Positions 13,225 through 25,260 of a stretch of DNA of 64,000 bases are shown piece after piece. The stretch covers positions 908,552 through 972,551 of the forward strand of contig RDEW01000012.1 in assembly GCA_011109175.1 (NCBI GenBank), read 5' to 3'. This DNA comes from Dicyema japonicum (lineage: Eukaryota > Animalia > Dicyemida). Under the pieces are notes generated by a model. That model was given only the letters and a program-made list of their open reading frames with translations. It was not told the origin of the DNA and did not search any database. The translations under genes and the position numbers were made by a program. Numbering within the stretch: the stretch's first letter is position 1; each line of letters opens with the position of its first letter.

Positions 13225-14162
13225 TAGGGACAAAATAACCGCGATTAATTAGGCTGGAAAAATTAACGTAATTTCCGATGTCCAAATTTCTACAATCTAC
13301 TTTAACGTACTTCATAGTCTTCCGAGTCATCGAGGACTTTCGAGTTATTTGAGACAGTTTTGTTTCCGATTAAATAGGCTTATTTATCAGATCGAACAAA
13401 ATATAATGAATATCTAGAATTTGTAGGAATTCAAAATGAATTGACGAATTTCCACAATATCTTGTGACTGATATTTGTAAGTGCTCTTTCACGTAATTGT
13501 GTTAGAACCCCCCTCATATTAAGGCATATATTCAGTCGTGTTAAATGAGACGCTTGAGATTGTTCTTGTAGAACACTGACTTGGACGATACCTTAGAGGA
13601 GGAATCCTCTCCTATCTAGCCGCCTGGTAGACATGACGATTAGTCAGGATGAAGATGGGAAGTGGTCATGTGGACTTGAAGTAACTCTTCTTATAAAAGG
13701 AGAAGGATATTTGAGTAGACACTTAATTAGTTATTATTAGTCTGGATCTAACTTTCGTCCCCCGTATAGGATTCAGAAGACATTGGATAAACGGATCCTC
13801 GGAAATAAAGAAGCATCGGATGCAAATGTTCAGGTTAGAATTCTGACTGCCACAATTTGAAGAAAATCGGGGGTAATTGAATCTATCCACAAAATATGCT
13901 CGCTTAGGGCATCCTAAGAAAACTCTTTTTTGAATCACCAGAAACTCGGGAAGCTATCCTGGCGTTGATCTGAACACCAAACGTTAAATATATCGACTCA
14001 CACAATTTAAGGACCTCCAGAATATCATTTTCAATTTGGACTTTATTAGAATTTTAATGAAAATTTAATTCCCACACTTGTAACCAGCTGAGCCCTGTGA
14101 CAGGTTTCGTTCAAAAGAGTAAGCAAATATCATGGAAGCCCACTTGTATCGTATAATAGAAC

Positions 14163-14600
14163 AGTGTTTCTCAACCTTTTTTTCGTATCGTCTCTATGAA
14201 AAATTTCCCCCTCCCTTTTAATAACTAAAGTAATGCTAAATTAATTAGTATTTTTTATTTAAAAATGTTAATGTGACCCTTGACCTTGGTGAATGTTTAC
14301 CAGATGCTCTATATTTGGGATTCTTTATTAAGAGCTACTCTTATATCCCCTTTTAGCAGATACTTAAATAATTCCGCTTCGTACTCACCATATGGTTAGG
14401 TAAACTAAATACCTTTTCAACACAATATTGCATCAATCATTTTAACTCTTTAGTGATTTCAAAAAAGATTTAACAAATCCAAACAATTTCCTTTTGGTAA
14501 CCATCTAATTCGCTTTGCAGTGGGTATTGGATAAGCAAAAGTCAAAATACCTGCTAGTATTAGGCATTCTTACCATAAAGTTTCCCTATGACATTCAATG
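14163..14600 (-). mobile_element. hAT (Buster/Charlie-like) transposon 3' remnant with TIR
   Basis: TIR-like CAGTGTTTCTCAAC at 14163; minus-strand KGDIRVALN..PNIEHLVNIHQGQGSH* resembles the C-terminus of this transposase group. Confidence 0.6.
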
Positions 14601-15022
14601 AGAGGATTTCTCTCAGGACACAATGAGCTTTTTGAGATCAGTTAACCTCTCTAGTCTGACCAAGGATCCCAAAATCATGTTGGACTATTCCCGAATGAAA
14701 TGACTTACAAACGATTTCCTGACTATGTTGATGACTAATCTTCATCAGGAGTTGTTCAGAGATCCGATTGGAGAGTAGAATGACCTTTGAAATATGGACT
14801 AACAGACAAATAAGAATACTGTTTAGAGTCCAAAGCATTTTTGATGAACGCGAAGAGTAGTCAAAAATCAGAGGAGGAACTCATCATCAAACCACCTCTT
14901 GGAGTTGACGACTTGGCTTTATGAGACTTGAAGGTTTATCTGAACGAAAAGAGGTTTGGAAGATGGGAAACGAGAAATCGGTAACTTTTCCCCCCCTTTT
15001 CACGAGAGCCATGACATGAAAC

Positions 15023-15155
15023 ACACTTATTAAAGTAAAGAGCAGTTATGATAACTAATCGTAGAAAGGGAGAACTCACGATTGCTCTTCACATCTTTTT
15101 GTTGCACGTTTCGTTCGGCAGTCAAGTATTCTCTGATGACTGGGTCACTCGTGAA
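15023..15155 (-). mobile_element. SINE fragment (family of 26469)
   Basis: AAAGAGCAGTTATGATAACTAATCGTAGA and CTGATGAC..GTCACTCG blocks shared with the full copies. Confidence 0.65.
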
Positions 15156-15469
15156 TCCAAAACATAAAATGAGCATAAATAAAATAAAAATATTTAAAAA
15201 TTATCTTAACATTTAATGCCCACTCTATATTGTTTATAGTCTAGTTGTCTCTCACAGGCCTTTTGTATTGTGAAGGGAATAAATATACTAATTTCAGTTT
15301 AATTTTTTAAATGGAAAACGATTAATTTACAAAAAGAAAGATTTAAATAATTAATCCTTTTCAGATAGGCTTAGACAGAACTATTCGTGGGGTTCTTTTT
15401 GTCGGCTCGCTGGTTTACCTCTTATTTCTTCATAAAGGGCGCACTGAGGGATCCTACAGCTCCCTACGT

Positions 15470-15950
15470 TTTTATAACCACTGGTGTGTGAATCTGTCTC
15501 CGATGGCCGAGTACTTTTGGATTTTGGCTAATTCTGCTGCGTTGGCCGCAGATCTCAGAAGGAGCGAAGTCGAGAAGGTATCCACATAAAGTACATTCCA
15601 AACCAATGATTTTCCCTGTGAATATGGGAAAAGCGTCATTCCGTCTGGCCTCATGTCATCTCCATGATCTAGTCCGACAGACTCCAGTTGAGCTGCGAAG
15701 CTTGCTGCCTCGAAAATTCGCAGAATAACATTATTCAATGCGGTGTGACGAGGTGAGCGACCTTTACTCTCTTTGCAAGACAAAGGATGTAATGGTGTCG
15801 ACTGTCCCTTCAAAACTGCATCTGCGTATCTGGCAGACGTCAAGTCCCAATCGTTCTGCTATTCAAATTCTCACGCAGTCGTCGTCTATAAGAGTTCCGA
15901 AAGAAGCTCATGGAAATGCGTGGAGCCATGCATTGGTATTTCATTGTAAT
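15470..15950 (-). mobile_element. CRE-type retrotransposon endonuclease fragment
   Basis: HPLSCK..RHTALNNVI..RPDGMTLFPYSQGKSLVWNVLYVDT. Confidence 0.85.
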
Positions 15951-15959
15951 TAATATTTG

Positions 15960-17400
15960 CTCTCTCGATGCCCACTCAACATCTGGTACTTCGATGACGC
16001 TGTCTTAGGAGGTCCCCGGAGATGGTCTTCCAGGAATTGGAAGTACTCATCCCCGCGTTGTCCAAGGTGGGTCTTGAATTGAATACAACGAAATGTGAAA
16101 TAACTAACTGTGGTCTTGCTGACGATGACTTTCTTCAATTGTTCCAAAATTTTACTCCTTGTTTCCTGGTGGGATTTCGATCCCTGAAAACGAATTGATT
16201 TTTCTTGGATCCTCGATCACTAGGAATGCGATGAATCATGTCCTCCTATACAAGAAACAACTCCTATGCGAATCGCTGGACAGATTACAGCTTCTTGATT
16301 CACACTCAGCACTATTCCTCATGAAAATAAGTCTTAACATTCAGAGAATCGCCTATTTACTCAGGACAGCCCCGTACTATTCTCAACTGGAGCAGCTTGA
16401 GCACTTTGATTTGTCTTTCTCAGCTCGACGGACAAATATTTAATGTCAAATTCGACGATGCTACATGGAAGAAACTACACTCCCAGTTAAATTTGGGGGT
16501 CTTGGAATTTGTCGTACTTTGGACGTCTCACTTCCTGCACATCTGCCTTCACTCACGGCCTGCGAACTTTTAATCAGGAGAATTCTACTGGGTCTTGGAA
16601 TTTGTCGTACTTTGGACGTCTCACTTCCTGCACATCTGCCTTTACTCACGGCCTGCGAACCTTTAATCAGGAGGATTCTAAACTCCCTACCCGAATTCTC
16701 AATTGACCAAGACATAATCCACGCACGAGAAGCCTGGAATGCCACCAACCTCCCCCTGCCTCCTTCAAAGACTGCCAGCGAAACCTGGACAATTTATTGT
16801 GCTGGAAATCATTTGGACTCCTACTGGAATCGGCCAATCAGCACCGATGCGCTTGTTTGCTTTCGGGGGCTTCCCCTGAGAGTGGAGCTTAGCTAAACGC
16901 TATCCCAAATAGAGCTCTGGACACCTTTTTGGATAATGAATGCGTTAGAAGTGGTATCTCTCTACGGCTGGGACTGAAAGTATGTGTACCTCACCCGTGC
17001 CGATGTGGCATCCTGATAGACTGTTATGGCCTGCACCCTCTCGCCTGCAAGAGGAGCGCTAGAAGATTTCCAAGGCACAAGGCTCTTAATGAGATTGTCA
17101 AAGGCTATGGATGCTGCTGGATACTCGGCCATTTTTGAACCGGTCGGGTTATGCAGAAGTGACGGGAAACGACTGGACGGGATTACCATATTTCCCTTTG
17201 AGGCCGGGAAACCACTTGTTTGGGAGTGACATGTACAGACACGTTCGCACCGAACAATCTTCACGAGTGCGCTTCAAGGGCCTGCTCTGCACCCGTCAGG
17301 CGGAGAAGGCCAAACTCGAAAAATACGTCGACCTTCCCGATAATGTCCAATTTGTTCCCCTTGCTATGGAGACTTCAGGATCCTACTCCCCTCTACACTA
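15960..17400 (+). mobile_element. CRE-type retrotransposon, RT to endonuclease, degraded
   Basis: NIWYFDDAVLGG, TLPVKFGGLG, LRLGLKVCVPHPCRCG, DGKRLDGITIFPF..LVW, FVPLAMETSG. Confidence 0.9.
16497..16680 (+). repeat. 93-nt in-frame tandem duplication inside the CRE ORF
   Basis: Units start at 16497 and 16590; duplicates GLGICRTLDVSLPAHLP(S/L)LTACE(L/P)LIRRIL. Confidence 0.95.
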
Positions 17401-17439
17401 GAGTTTTATATTTTCATACATCAGAAAAAAATTTTTAAC

Positions 17440-17730
17440 AAAAATTTTAAATTCAAAAATCGTTCTTCAGTGATAAAACCATTGATTGCATCCATCCTTG
17501 AAATCTATTCAACAAGTGAACTATCAAGTTTATGATGTTTACAACTGTCTTGACTTGTTACTCATAGTTTTCCTATTTTCACGGTTTCTAAGAATTTATG
17601 AAAGTGTCGAAATGATTCATTATATTTCACAGATATGAATTATTCTGAGAGTCATTTTTGATATATTTTTTATCTCACAAATCTTTCTTTTCTGTGCAAT
17701 AGGTCCTCTTTCTAACCATTTGGCACTGTA
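17440..17730 (-). mobile_element. pogo/Tigger-like transposon 5' remnant (CENP-B-type HTH)
   Basis: TA-CAGTGCC terminus near 17730; degraded QKRKICEIK..STLS.ILRNRE. Confidence 0.45.
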
Positions 17731-17747
17731 AGATTTTAATTTTTTAA

Positions 17748-19823
17748 TTTATTACTCCCGGAATCACAAGAAAGAGGACAAGAGTTATCGTCTAATTAAG
17801 TGATCCTGGTGTCCATACCAGTCCATTTCCTGCGGTTAGTTTTGGAGTCCTGGATTAATCTCCACAACGGGGAAGGTTTCTTCTCGTATCTCGGGCCGGC
17901 GTCCATATTTTGTTTGATGTCCGGTCCCAGAGGATGATCAGGGGACTTTGCCATATTGAGGAAGTCACTGTGGCGTTCCGTATGGTATCCTATGATGGGG
18001 GGGGACGTTTAGTGTTCTCCATAGTAACGAAATGACGTATTTTCGACGATCTCAATAGTATTCTAGACAGTGGTTTTGTAAAACTTCCAGCTTGCTCTGT
18101 GCCGATAGTGATAAGGGGGCAATCCATGCAGCACAGGCGTACTTGGTAGAACAAATTGTGTGTTAGAAGCTCCAACGATGGGCCAGAAGATACTGGGGAA
18201 TCCGTAAAAGCTTGAGAATTCCAATTTCTTTTGAATCCTCGCGGTTACCAGGTCAAGTGATGATTGAATGAAAGGAGAGGATCCATGATGACTCCAAAGA
18301 TTGAAAGGGTTTTAATGGGGATCGAGAATCATAAAATTTTATTTTGGCGTTATTTTTTGTGATGAGGAAAACGTCGTACTTGTGACTTTCGTGGTTACTT
18401 GATATATTTAGACGGTTCTTCAAAAACCAAAGACCCACAAGGTTTAGTATCTCTTGCACGGACCGTGTCGCCTCCTCTACTCTTCGATGTTTCAGTGCAA
18501 TCACGAGATCATCCGCATACGATAAAAGAAGTGGATTTTTGGTAGTTGGGGATGGGAGCTCACTGAGGAACATATTGAATAGCGTTGGTGACAACAGTGA
18601 TCCTTGTGGCACTCCATTTGGAAGGTATCGCGGTTTTGATTTTTGGTTGTTTGCCACCACTTGGTCCATTCGACCGTTGACGAAGTTAGCCAACCATGAA
18701 TCGAGTTTAAGGTTGATCGACGTCATTAAAATTTTTGCCGTAAGTATCTTCCGGAAGCTGACTCAAAAGCTTCTCTACATCCACGAGACCACCACGTTCT
18801 CTCGTGTGGATTTGGGGTATTCAGGCCGTCCGAGATGAATTGACCAGTTTTGTTAATGAGTTGTTGTTGAGTGTCCTTCGTAGAATTCCGTGTAAAAAAG
18901 ATGGTAGAATTACGAAAGGACGGATCTTGAGAAGGACCAGTTTTTCTAACACTCGTGATAAGGTGGATACGGGCTGTGGGAGACGAGCAGTTTGCTGGAC
19001 ATTGATGGTGACCCATCGGAATAATCTTTTGCGAGCTCAGAGTATAATTTCGTTGATGTATTTGATAGCAGCGTCGATAGAGCTGAAATCCTTTATCCGG
19101 AAGGCGTGAAGCTGTAGTTCGATAAAAATATGTGAAAGCGGGCCATATTGTCTTCGAGAAGTTAATATTGGTTCTCGGAGTGTTTGTTAACTAATGTTTT
19201 TGTGGATCCTCATTAAGATTGTATTATGGTATGTAAGTCGTATATAACATCCCATGAAATAACAGCCGCAAGAGAAGGAGCGGCAAAAAAATGTCGAGTG
19301 AAGTAGAAGAGTAGTCTCGACGGGAAGGGGTGCTTATGTGTTTGTTTGGATTATTGAGAATGAACAGGTCGTCAAATGCTTCCTGATTAGCATAATAAGG
19401 CCTCCTCCATTTCCATGACTTTTGTCTCGCCTGAAAAGGAGTATCCCAAAAATCGGGGGTTAGCCGCCGTGGGTTAAGTTTCGTCTCTTGGAAAAGAGCT
19501 ATATCCACTGAATGTATGACGAGGAAGCGTTATAGTTCGACAATTTTCGTCCGGATACTATTGATGTAAACTTGCATCAGATCTGGTCCAGGATTTTCCT
19601 CGACGTCTCCACAGGAAAAAAGCAGGATCCGACACCATCCACGCCTCCATGGTTGCGAAATAGGGAGTTTGCGACTCTTTTCCAGCACTTCAAGTAAGCG
19701 ACGCCACCACGTGGGTGAGTCACTCGGGTTATTAAAATTTTGCTGACTCATCAAAAAATTCGGATTATTGATGTTCGGATTAATGGTGGGTTTACATGTG
19801 TGGTTGAAGAACATATGAGTCAA
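17748..19823 (-). mobile_element. Ingi/Vingi-like LINE with N-terminal 2A peptide, APE and RT, degraded
   Basis: LLFSCGDVEENPGP (19584-19610) directly before APE start (INSIRTK, DIALFQETKL); RT NGVPQGSLLSPTLFN, LSYADD (18253-18726); 3' hairpin 17748-17806. Confidence 0.85.
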
Positions 19824-20676
19824 TTATTGGGCCTTGATTGACAGATTTATATTTTAGACGATTTTGTGGCATGAGTTTCCTGCCAGCTTGCTCCAATTAC
19901 GTCGATGAGGCCCTGTTTGAGATCATGGCTTTGTAATGACATAGGAACTGCATGCTTGAAAGAAAACTCTCATTCAGTCCTGTGGGCCTTAAAGAACAAC
20001 TAAGAAATTTCAGTAAACGCTATGGAAATGAAAATTATTTTGCTCACAAAATTAACCCAAATGACGTATTCCAGTATGAATTAGCATTATCCTGACATGT
20101 GTCAAGTGGTAGAAGATTTAAAACTCAGTATAACAACAAAGTAAATTTCTGAGGAATGATCTTAGCAACTAATTCGAATATTAGTTTCACGGAATTACTG
20201 TGCCTTATAATATTCAGAATATCGCTGTTGTCCACGGAGGAAACTGGAGACCAGTAGGCAGCGTATTGCCAAGACAGGTCGTTCCTAGAGATCCTCCACA
20301 TCCACGTCAACCCCTGGCTGTCCAGTGCAAGCAAAAGGATGTCGACGATCGACGCCAACATCAATACCTCACTGCGGAACCGGATTGTCTGCAAGAAAGC
20401 ATGCCTTGACCCCCTTCCAACGATCAGTTATCATAACTGCTCCCCACGTGGAGCCATAAATGTTAAGACCCTCGTGAAAGTGGTGCTATTAGTTTTAAAA
20501 AATACATCAAAAAATTTGAATTGACCAATAATGAATTTGCATAATTTAAGCGGCGTCAGTTATAAGCCAAATTTTAATTCAGACATGGCATTTCTGTGTC
20601 GTCTTGACGTCTTTGTGTTCGTTTCTTAGTTTTGCTGATATGTACGTTTTTAGTTTTCACTTTGAGATAGACAGAC

Positions 20677-22940
20677 ATGAATAACAAGGTTAATGTTGAG
20701 AAATTGAAATTGTTCGACGAATATTTCCGAAAAGTCCCGGGACTATGCGAAGGCCATTCTCTCGAGAAAAAAGAGTAGCAGTTTGCTCAAAATCTAGTGA
20801 CGTCTACTCTGCGGAAGATTCTGCAGATAAAGTCGACAATTTGGGTTTAAATTTAATTTGGAAAGTAGAAACACAAGTTGTGAGTTATTCCTGCGGCTTT
20901 ATTGTGGGTGGACTGTTGGAGATTCGACATGGCGCTTTCCTGGAGAATATAAGCGTCGATAAAAATTATTTCTGCTGTGATTTTGTCTTTGACGACGATC
21001 TGACGTAATTTTATTTTTATAGTTTCGAGAATTACCGACTCTGACTTGGAAAACGTGGAGATTGAATTGAGGGAAATGTTAGGGAGTAATCATCCATTTG
21101 AAGTCTCTTATATCCCCGTTCGTGTGATTTTGTCAAAATTCGTAGTTTCTGAATTTTTTATTTCAGGAAAATATTGGATTTAAAAGAAAAATCACACGAT
21201 TTTCCGACCAAGAAAATATTCAATTTTGCAGGTTGGTTGACTACCCGAGCATAGATGCGGTGATGTCTGCAACTTTGCGTCCTCAAAGACAGTCAGAAAC
21301 ACCTCGGACATAAAGGAAATAAAAATATTAAATGTATCCTCTATTTGTGATACGAAGGAAGGAATTGTGGTTGATATTCAAGACGGCAACGTCCAAGTCT
21401 TAAGGAGAGTGTCCGGTTTCGTCTTCAAGGATGCCAAGGAGGCAGAAATCTGGCGACTGAAAAGAGATCTATACTCCCATCTTGGCTATTTCCACATTGG
21501 CTATGTTATCAATTTCCAGTCATTTTAGAAGCAAGATTTGTTCATTGTTGGGGAGAATAACAATATTTCCCTCAACAGTAACGGATCGAGGATTTGGCTG
21601 TCTTTGTGTAATATCATGGAGGTACTCCATATTTTAACGTCTTGTAGGATGTGTACTCAAAAAATAAGTACCTGAAGATCATAACCCCCGCTATCTACAA
21701 TGTTCGACACTGGGAAGATAAACTGTACAGGCTGAAGAGTAAGAAGCCTTATATGGTATATTAAAGTTGAAAATCAAAGGGGACTTTGTTAGTTCATGAA
21801 AGCAGAGAAGGAAGATTTTTTTTGAAGGACACCAACTCCCTGTTTCATTGGTTGGTATTCCCGACTATTATAGTCTTTACTTTGAGGAGATAAAGCCTAC
21901 CAGCCTTCCCTTCAAGTTGATAGATTTCGGAATGCTATACGAGAACAAGTGCAAACACTCCGATATGACTTACCCCAACGATTTGACCAACTTGGATGAC
22001 GCCACGGTCTTTTGCTTGAGGGAGAATGTACGGTCCCGCTTTATTTAGATTGAAAATGAGATTCTGGATATCCTTACATTGTGTGTGAGGATTTATTCAA
22101 TGTTCGGTCTTCGGGTCATCGCCAGGATAACTTCCCAAATGCCTGATGATTCTGAAGACTCGGAGGAGTGGAACTTTACCGTCAAAGTTTTCTTAGTGAG
22201 GATTTGTAGAAAATGAAGGATGCTCTTAGCATGACGAGTATATTTTGTGATCCTCACCCTATATTTGCGGATGCATTCAATTACCCCCGAGTAAATGACA
22301 TTTAGTGACCTTAGATTGAACTGATGGCGAAGTCTGGGAGTGACTATTTGTACAAATGCGGAAAGATTGAAGTCTACTTGGATTTGACAAAACAATTCGG
22401 TTTGAATTGCAAGATGTAAATCTCTTTGGTCATTTTCATAGTGGAAGGGAAAATATTACCCCCATGGTCGTCCACCATCAGATCGTCGGGTCATTCCTTG
22501 ATTTTATGTACTTACTATGTGAGCATTATCTAGGGATCTGGTATTCCCCAGTAATGTATCTAATCCTTTAGGCCATTCTGGTTATCTGGTTGCAACTGCA
22601 TAGTTATGCCACTAAAGGAGGAGTACCTTGACTATTCGTATACAGTATATTCTCGGTTTGTAGCATTAAAGGTGTGTGAGCGCATAAAACAAGCTAATTT
22701 CAGCTGTGATTTGGTTTGTGATTTCGAGGACACCTGTAATCGAATGAATGAAGCTAAAAAGAAGTCATATTTTTTGTTGGGTAGTATTTTTGTATATTTT
22801 TAGTAATTGGTGAGAAGGAATTTGTGGGAAATAAAGTCTTTCCAATAGCCACATATACCGTTATGGGTGAATGTACCCTAGAAGATTTTATTGAGAAGAT
22901 GAGAGAGTTGAGGGACTCTAGAAATTTTATTGTTTGCTGA
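20677..22940 (+). CDS. Threonyl-tRNA-synthetase-like protein with degenerate catalytic motifs (~627 aa, 15 introns of 21-37 nt)
   Basis: Spliced product aligns along eukaryotic ThrRS: RCGD..VRNTSDIKEIKILNVSS, LRRVSGFVFKD, IITPAIYN, EKEDFFLK, LPFKLIDFG, DDATVFC, HYLGIWPFWLS, LVIGEKE. 2264 nt minus 381 nt introns plus one missing T (T8 run 21816-21823) gives 628 codons. Confidence 0.85.
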
Positions 22941-23379
22941 TTTACTCTTAATTTCGTAAATTTTCTTATTTTCTTTTTAATCCCTGTTAGAGATCCCTTT
23001 GCTTGCTCTGGACCACCAGGAGTCGGGGGAATTGGAGGATCCACTCCCATCATGCCTTCTAGATGAACAGAATAATGACCACATCTTCTCTTTTCTGGGT
23101 CAACCTTTGAGTTATGCACAGCACCGAATACACCTGACTGATCGCTGGTTTTAGCCGTGACTTTCTTGTTAGTCATCTGTTTCCTTTACTCTAAGTGACG
23201 AGGGTACCCATCTTCTCCGCTAGTAGCTATGGAGCCGTTTGACTCAGACACTTTTAATTGCATCGTTGTAGCATTTCCTAGTTCATGTCAAAATTGTTAA
23301 ATTATAAACTCTGGTGTATCTGCCACGAGACTATTGACCCCTCAATCTTTAGCTATGGTAGTAGTTGCCTTTGAATAAA

Positions 23380-24960
23380 TGCTGATGAGTTGATTCCACA
23401 AGACTATCAAAACTTGGATATTCGGAGTCATTTGTAGACAATCAAATCCTCTAAAGGAGTTGAAATAAGATTTCCGAGTCTTCTAAGTAAATCGTAGTCA
23501 AAGGCTCCAGAGGCCTCCACAGTGAGAGGAACAAAATTCACATCACTGAAGGGTCAGCATACTTTTGCACTTCAACGTTTCGGCTTTCCTTGCGACTGAA
23601 GAGCCATTGCATTACTCTGAGGGAAGTTATTTGAAGCAAAGTGTCTGCACAAGTGACATCGAAAACAAAGGGCTTCTCGGTGGTTGAGTACACAGGGGAA
23701 ACCAGCTTGTCTAACGACTTTCAGATCAGAAGAAATATCTTCCCGACCTGAGAACGTATAATATTCCAGACCAGGGAATCGGGGACCATATGATACGATA
23801 GGTGTGCATGCAGATGAACATCAAGAGGAGATCGAACTTGAAGTCCCCAAATCTAACAGGCAGTTTGACCTGTTTCCAGGAGAAGTTGCCGAACATGCAA
23901 ATTTTTACAAGAAAAAGTAAAAAAGTAAGTTGACTCGGGAGAGAGAAATAAGGGGCCGTTCGGAAGATATAAAAAATTCTCTAAACGGAGAAGTTGCTCC
24001 ATGAGAAGATCAGAGAGCTGAGACACAGCCAATCGAGTTTCTTTTTGAGGAGAAGACGTTTATCGCACATAGTGTTGATCCTGCTTCATCCAGATACCAG
24101 TTCAAGGAAAAAAGGTTTGATGATTTTTGATGTTTAGAGTGAAGAAAAGATATCTAAAAGGGTTTATTGTGGACTTGGAAGGTTGAGAGGATTCAATATT
24201 CTTTACGAAGAAAGTCATGCAGGACTCCATACCAATCCGAAAATATATCCATACAACCTTCAGAATATCATTTCTTATATTTTTGAAAGCATCTTGGTTC
24301 CCAACTTGGTGCCAACCAACTTGGAGAGAACATGTCCACGAGAATTTTGTAATCTCCTGATTTTGAAAATGGACTGCAGCTTCGCAGGAGTACTCTAAGC
24401 TTAATAAAAACGCTTAGAGAAGGCGGAACCAGATAACTCTTGTATGCGATCTTAGCAGTTATCCTCAAGAAAACAAAGCCCACAAAAATTGGACCTCCTC
24501 CATTTTTATCAAAGATTGGGAGAGAACATGGCATGACATATTGTCTCAGGTAAACCACCTGATAGAATCCTGTCTGTAAGATAAATGATAAAGGATATAA
24601 TACGGACAACTGGGTCTCCTACGGACAGAACAGTAAGGTTTTTCAAATCTCCGAGTTTTATATCATCCCGGTCACCAATGCTACATAAACTAAAATTCCG
24701 AATCGCTAAAAGTAAATCATTGCTTGAGGAGATAAAGAGGCTAACTTTGGCGGGTCTAAGATTGCCAATTGTATCAATTACTGAAACTGTGTGAAATGAC
24801 AAGGAAAGCCAGATACAGAGTCATCATCCAACTCCCTCTTACAAACTGTATGAAAATGCATTCAATTATCCATTTTAGGCTGCCCTTCCTTTATGATCTG
24901 ATGGCACGGAAAGGGATTTGGGTTATAGGATCCCTGAGATTTTGGCTGTGACAAGCTTGT
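23380..24960 (-). mobile_element. CRE-type retrotransposon, long degraded copy
   Basis: DKNGGGPIFVGFVFLRITAK (RT start) and LVFDVTCADT..FVPLTVEASG (endonuclease end). Confidence 0.65.
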
Positions 24961-25019
24961 AAATGAACTGTTGTCCTAAGTTCAGATTTTCTTTAATGGT
25001 TTCGACTTTTATTGAGATC

Positions 25020-25260
25020 GTTTTGAGTGAAATGTCGTCATCGACGAAAATAGCACATAAAGCCGTCCTGTCAGGACTTTAGTTCGTGTTGTCAAGCCCA
25101 ATGGGTTCCAGTTGTACTGAATATCCCTCCGCGATTATTTCGTTCATTGCCCTATACTTCACGCGACTTCCACGTTCTGTTTGCAAGAGAGGGTTTCAAG
25201 TCATTTAACGTCAACAGTCTTCTCATCTCTCACCGGTCGCTTATCCAAACAATGAGTCGG
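25020..25260 (-). mobile_element. CRE-type endonuclease fragment
   Basis: PLSCK..YRAMNEII..QLEPIGLDN..PD. Confidence 0.6.

Noticed and set aside
19660-19730. HDV-like ribozyme (Pr77-like CACC..ACGTGGTG) ahead of the 2A LINE
   Set aside because: P1- and P3-like stems can be drawn but there is no room for the P2 strand; only a simple hairpin is supported. An Infernal search would be the test.
20200-20460. Penelope GIY-YIG remnant (RSFLEILHI)
   Set aside because: One short motif only, and it overlaps an unclassified repeat.
21739-21792. Alternative 54-nt intron that avoids the ThrRS-like frameshift
   Set aside because: It removes residues that align gap-free to ThrRS (EKExFxLK); the 37-nt intron with one missing T fits homology better.
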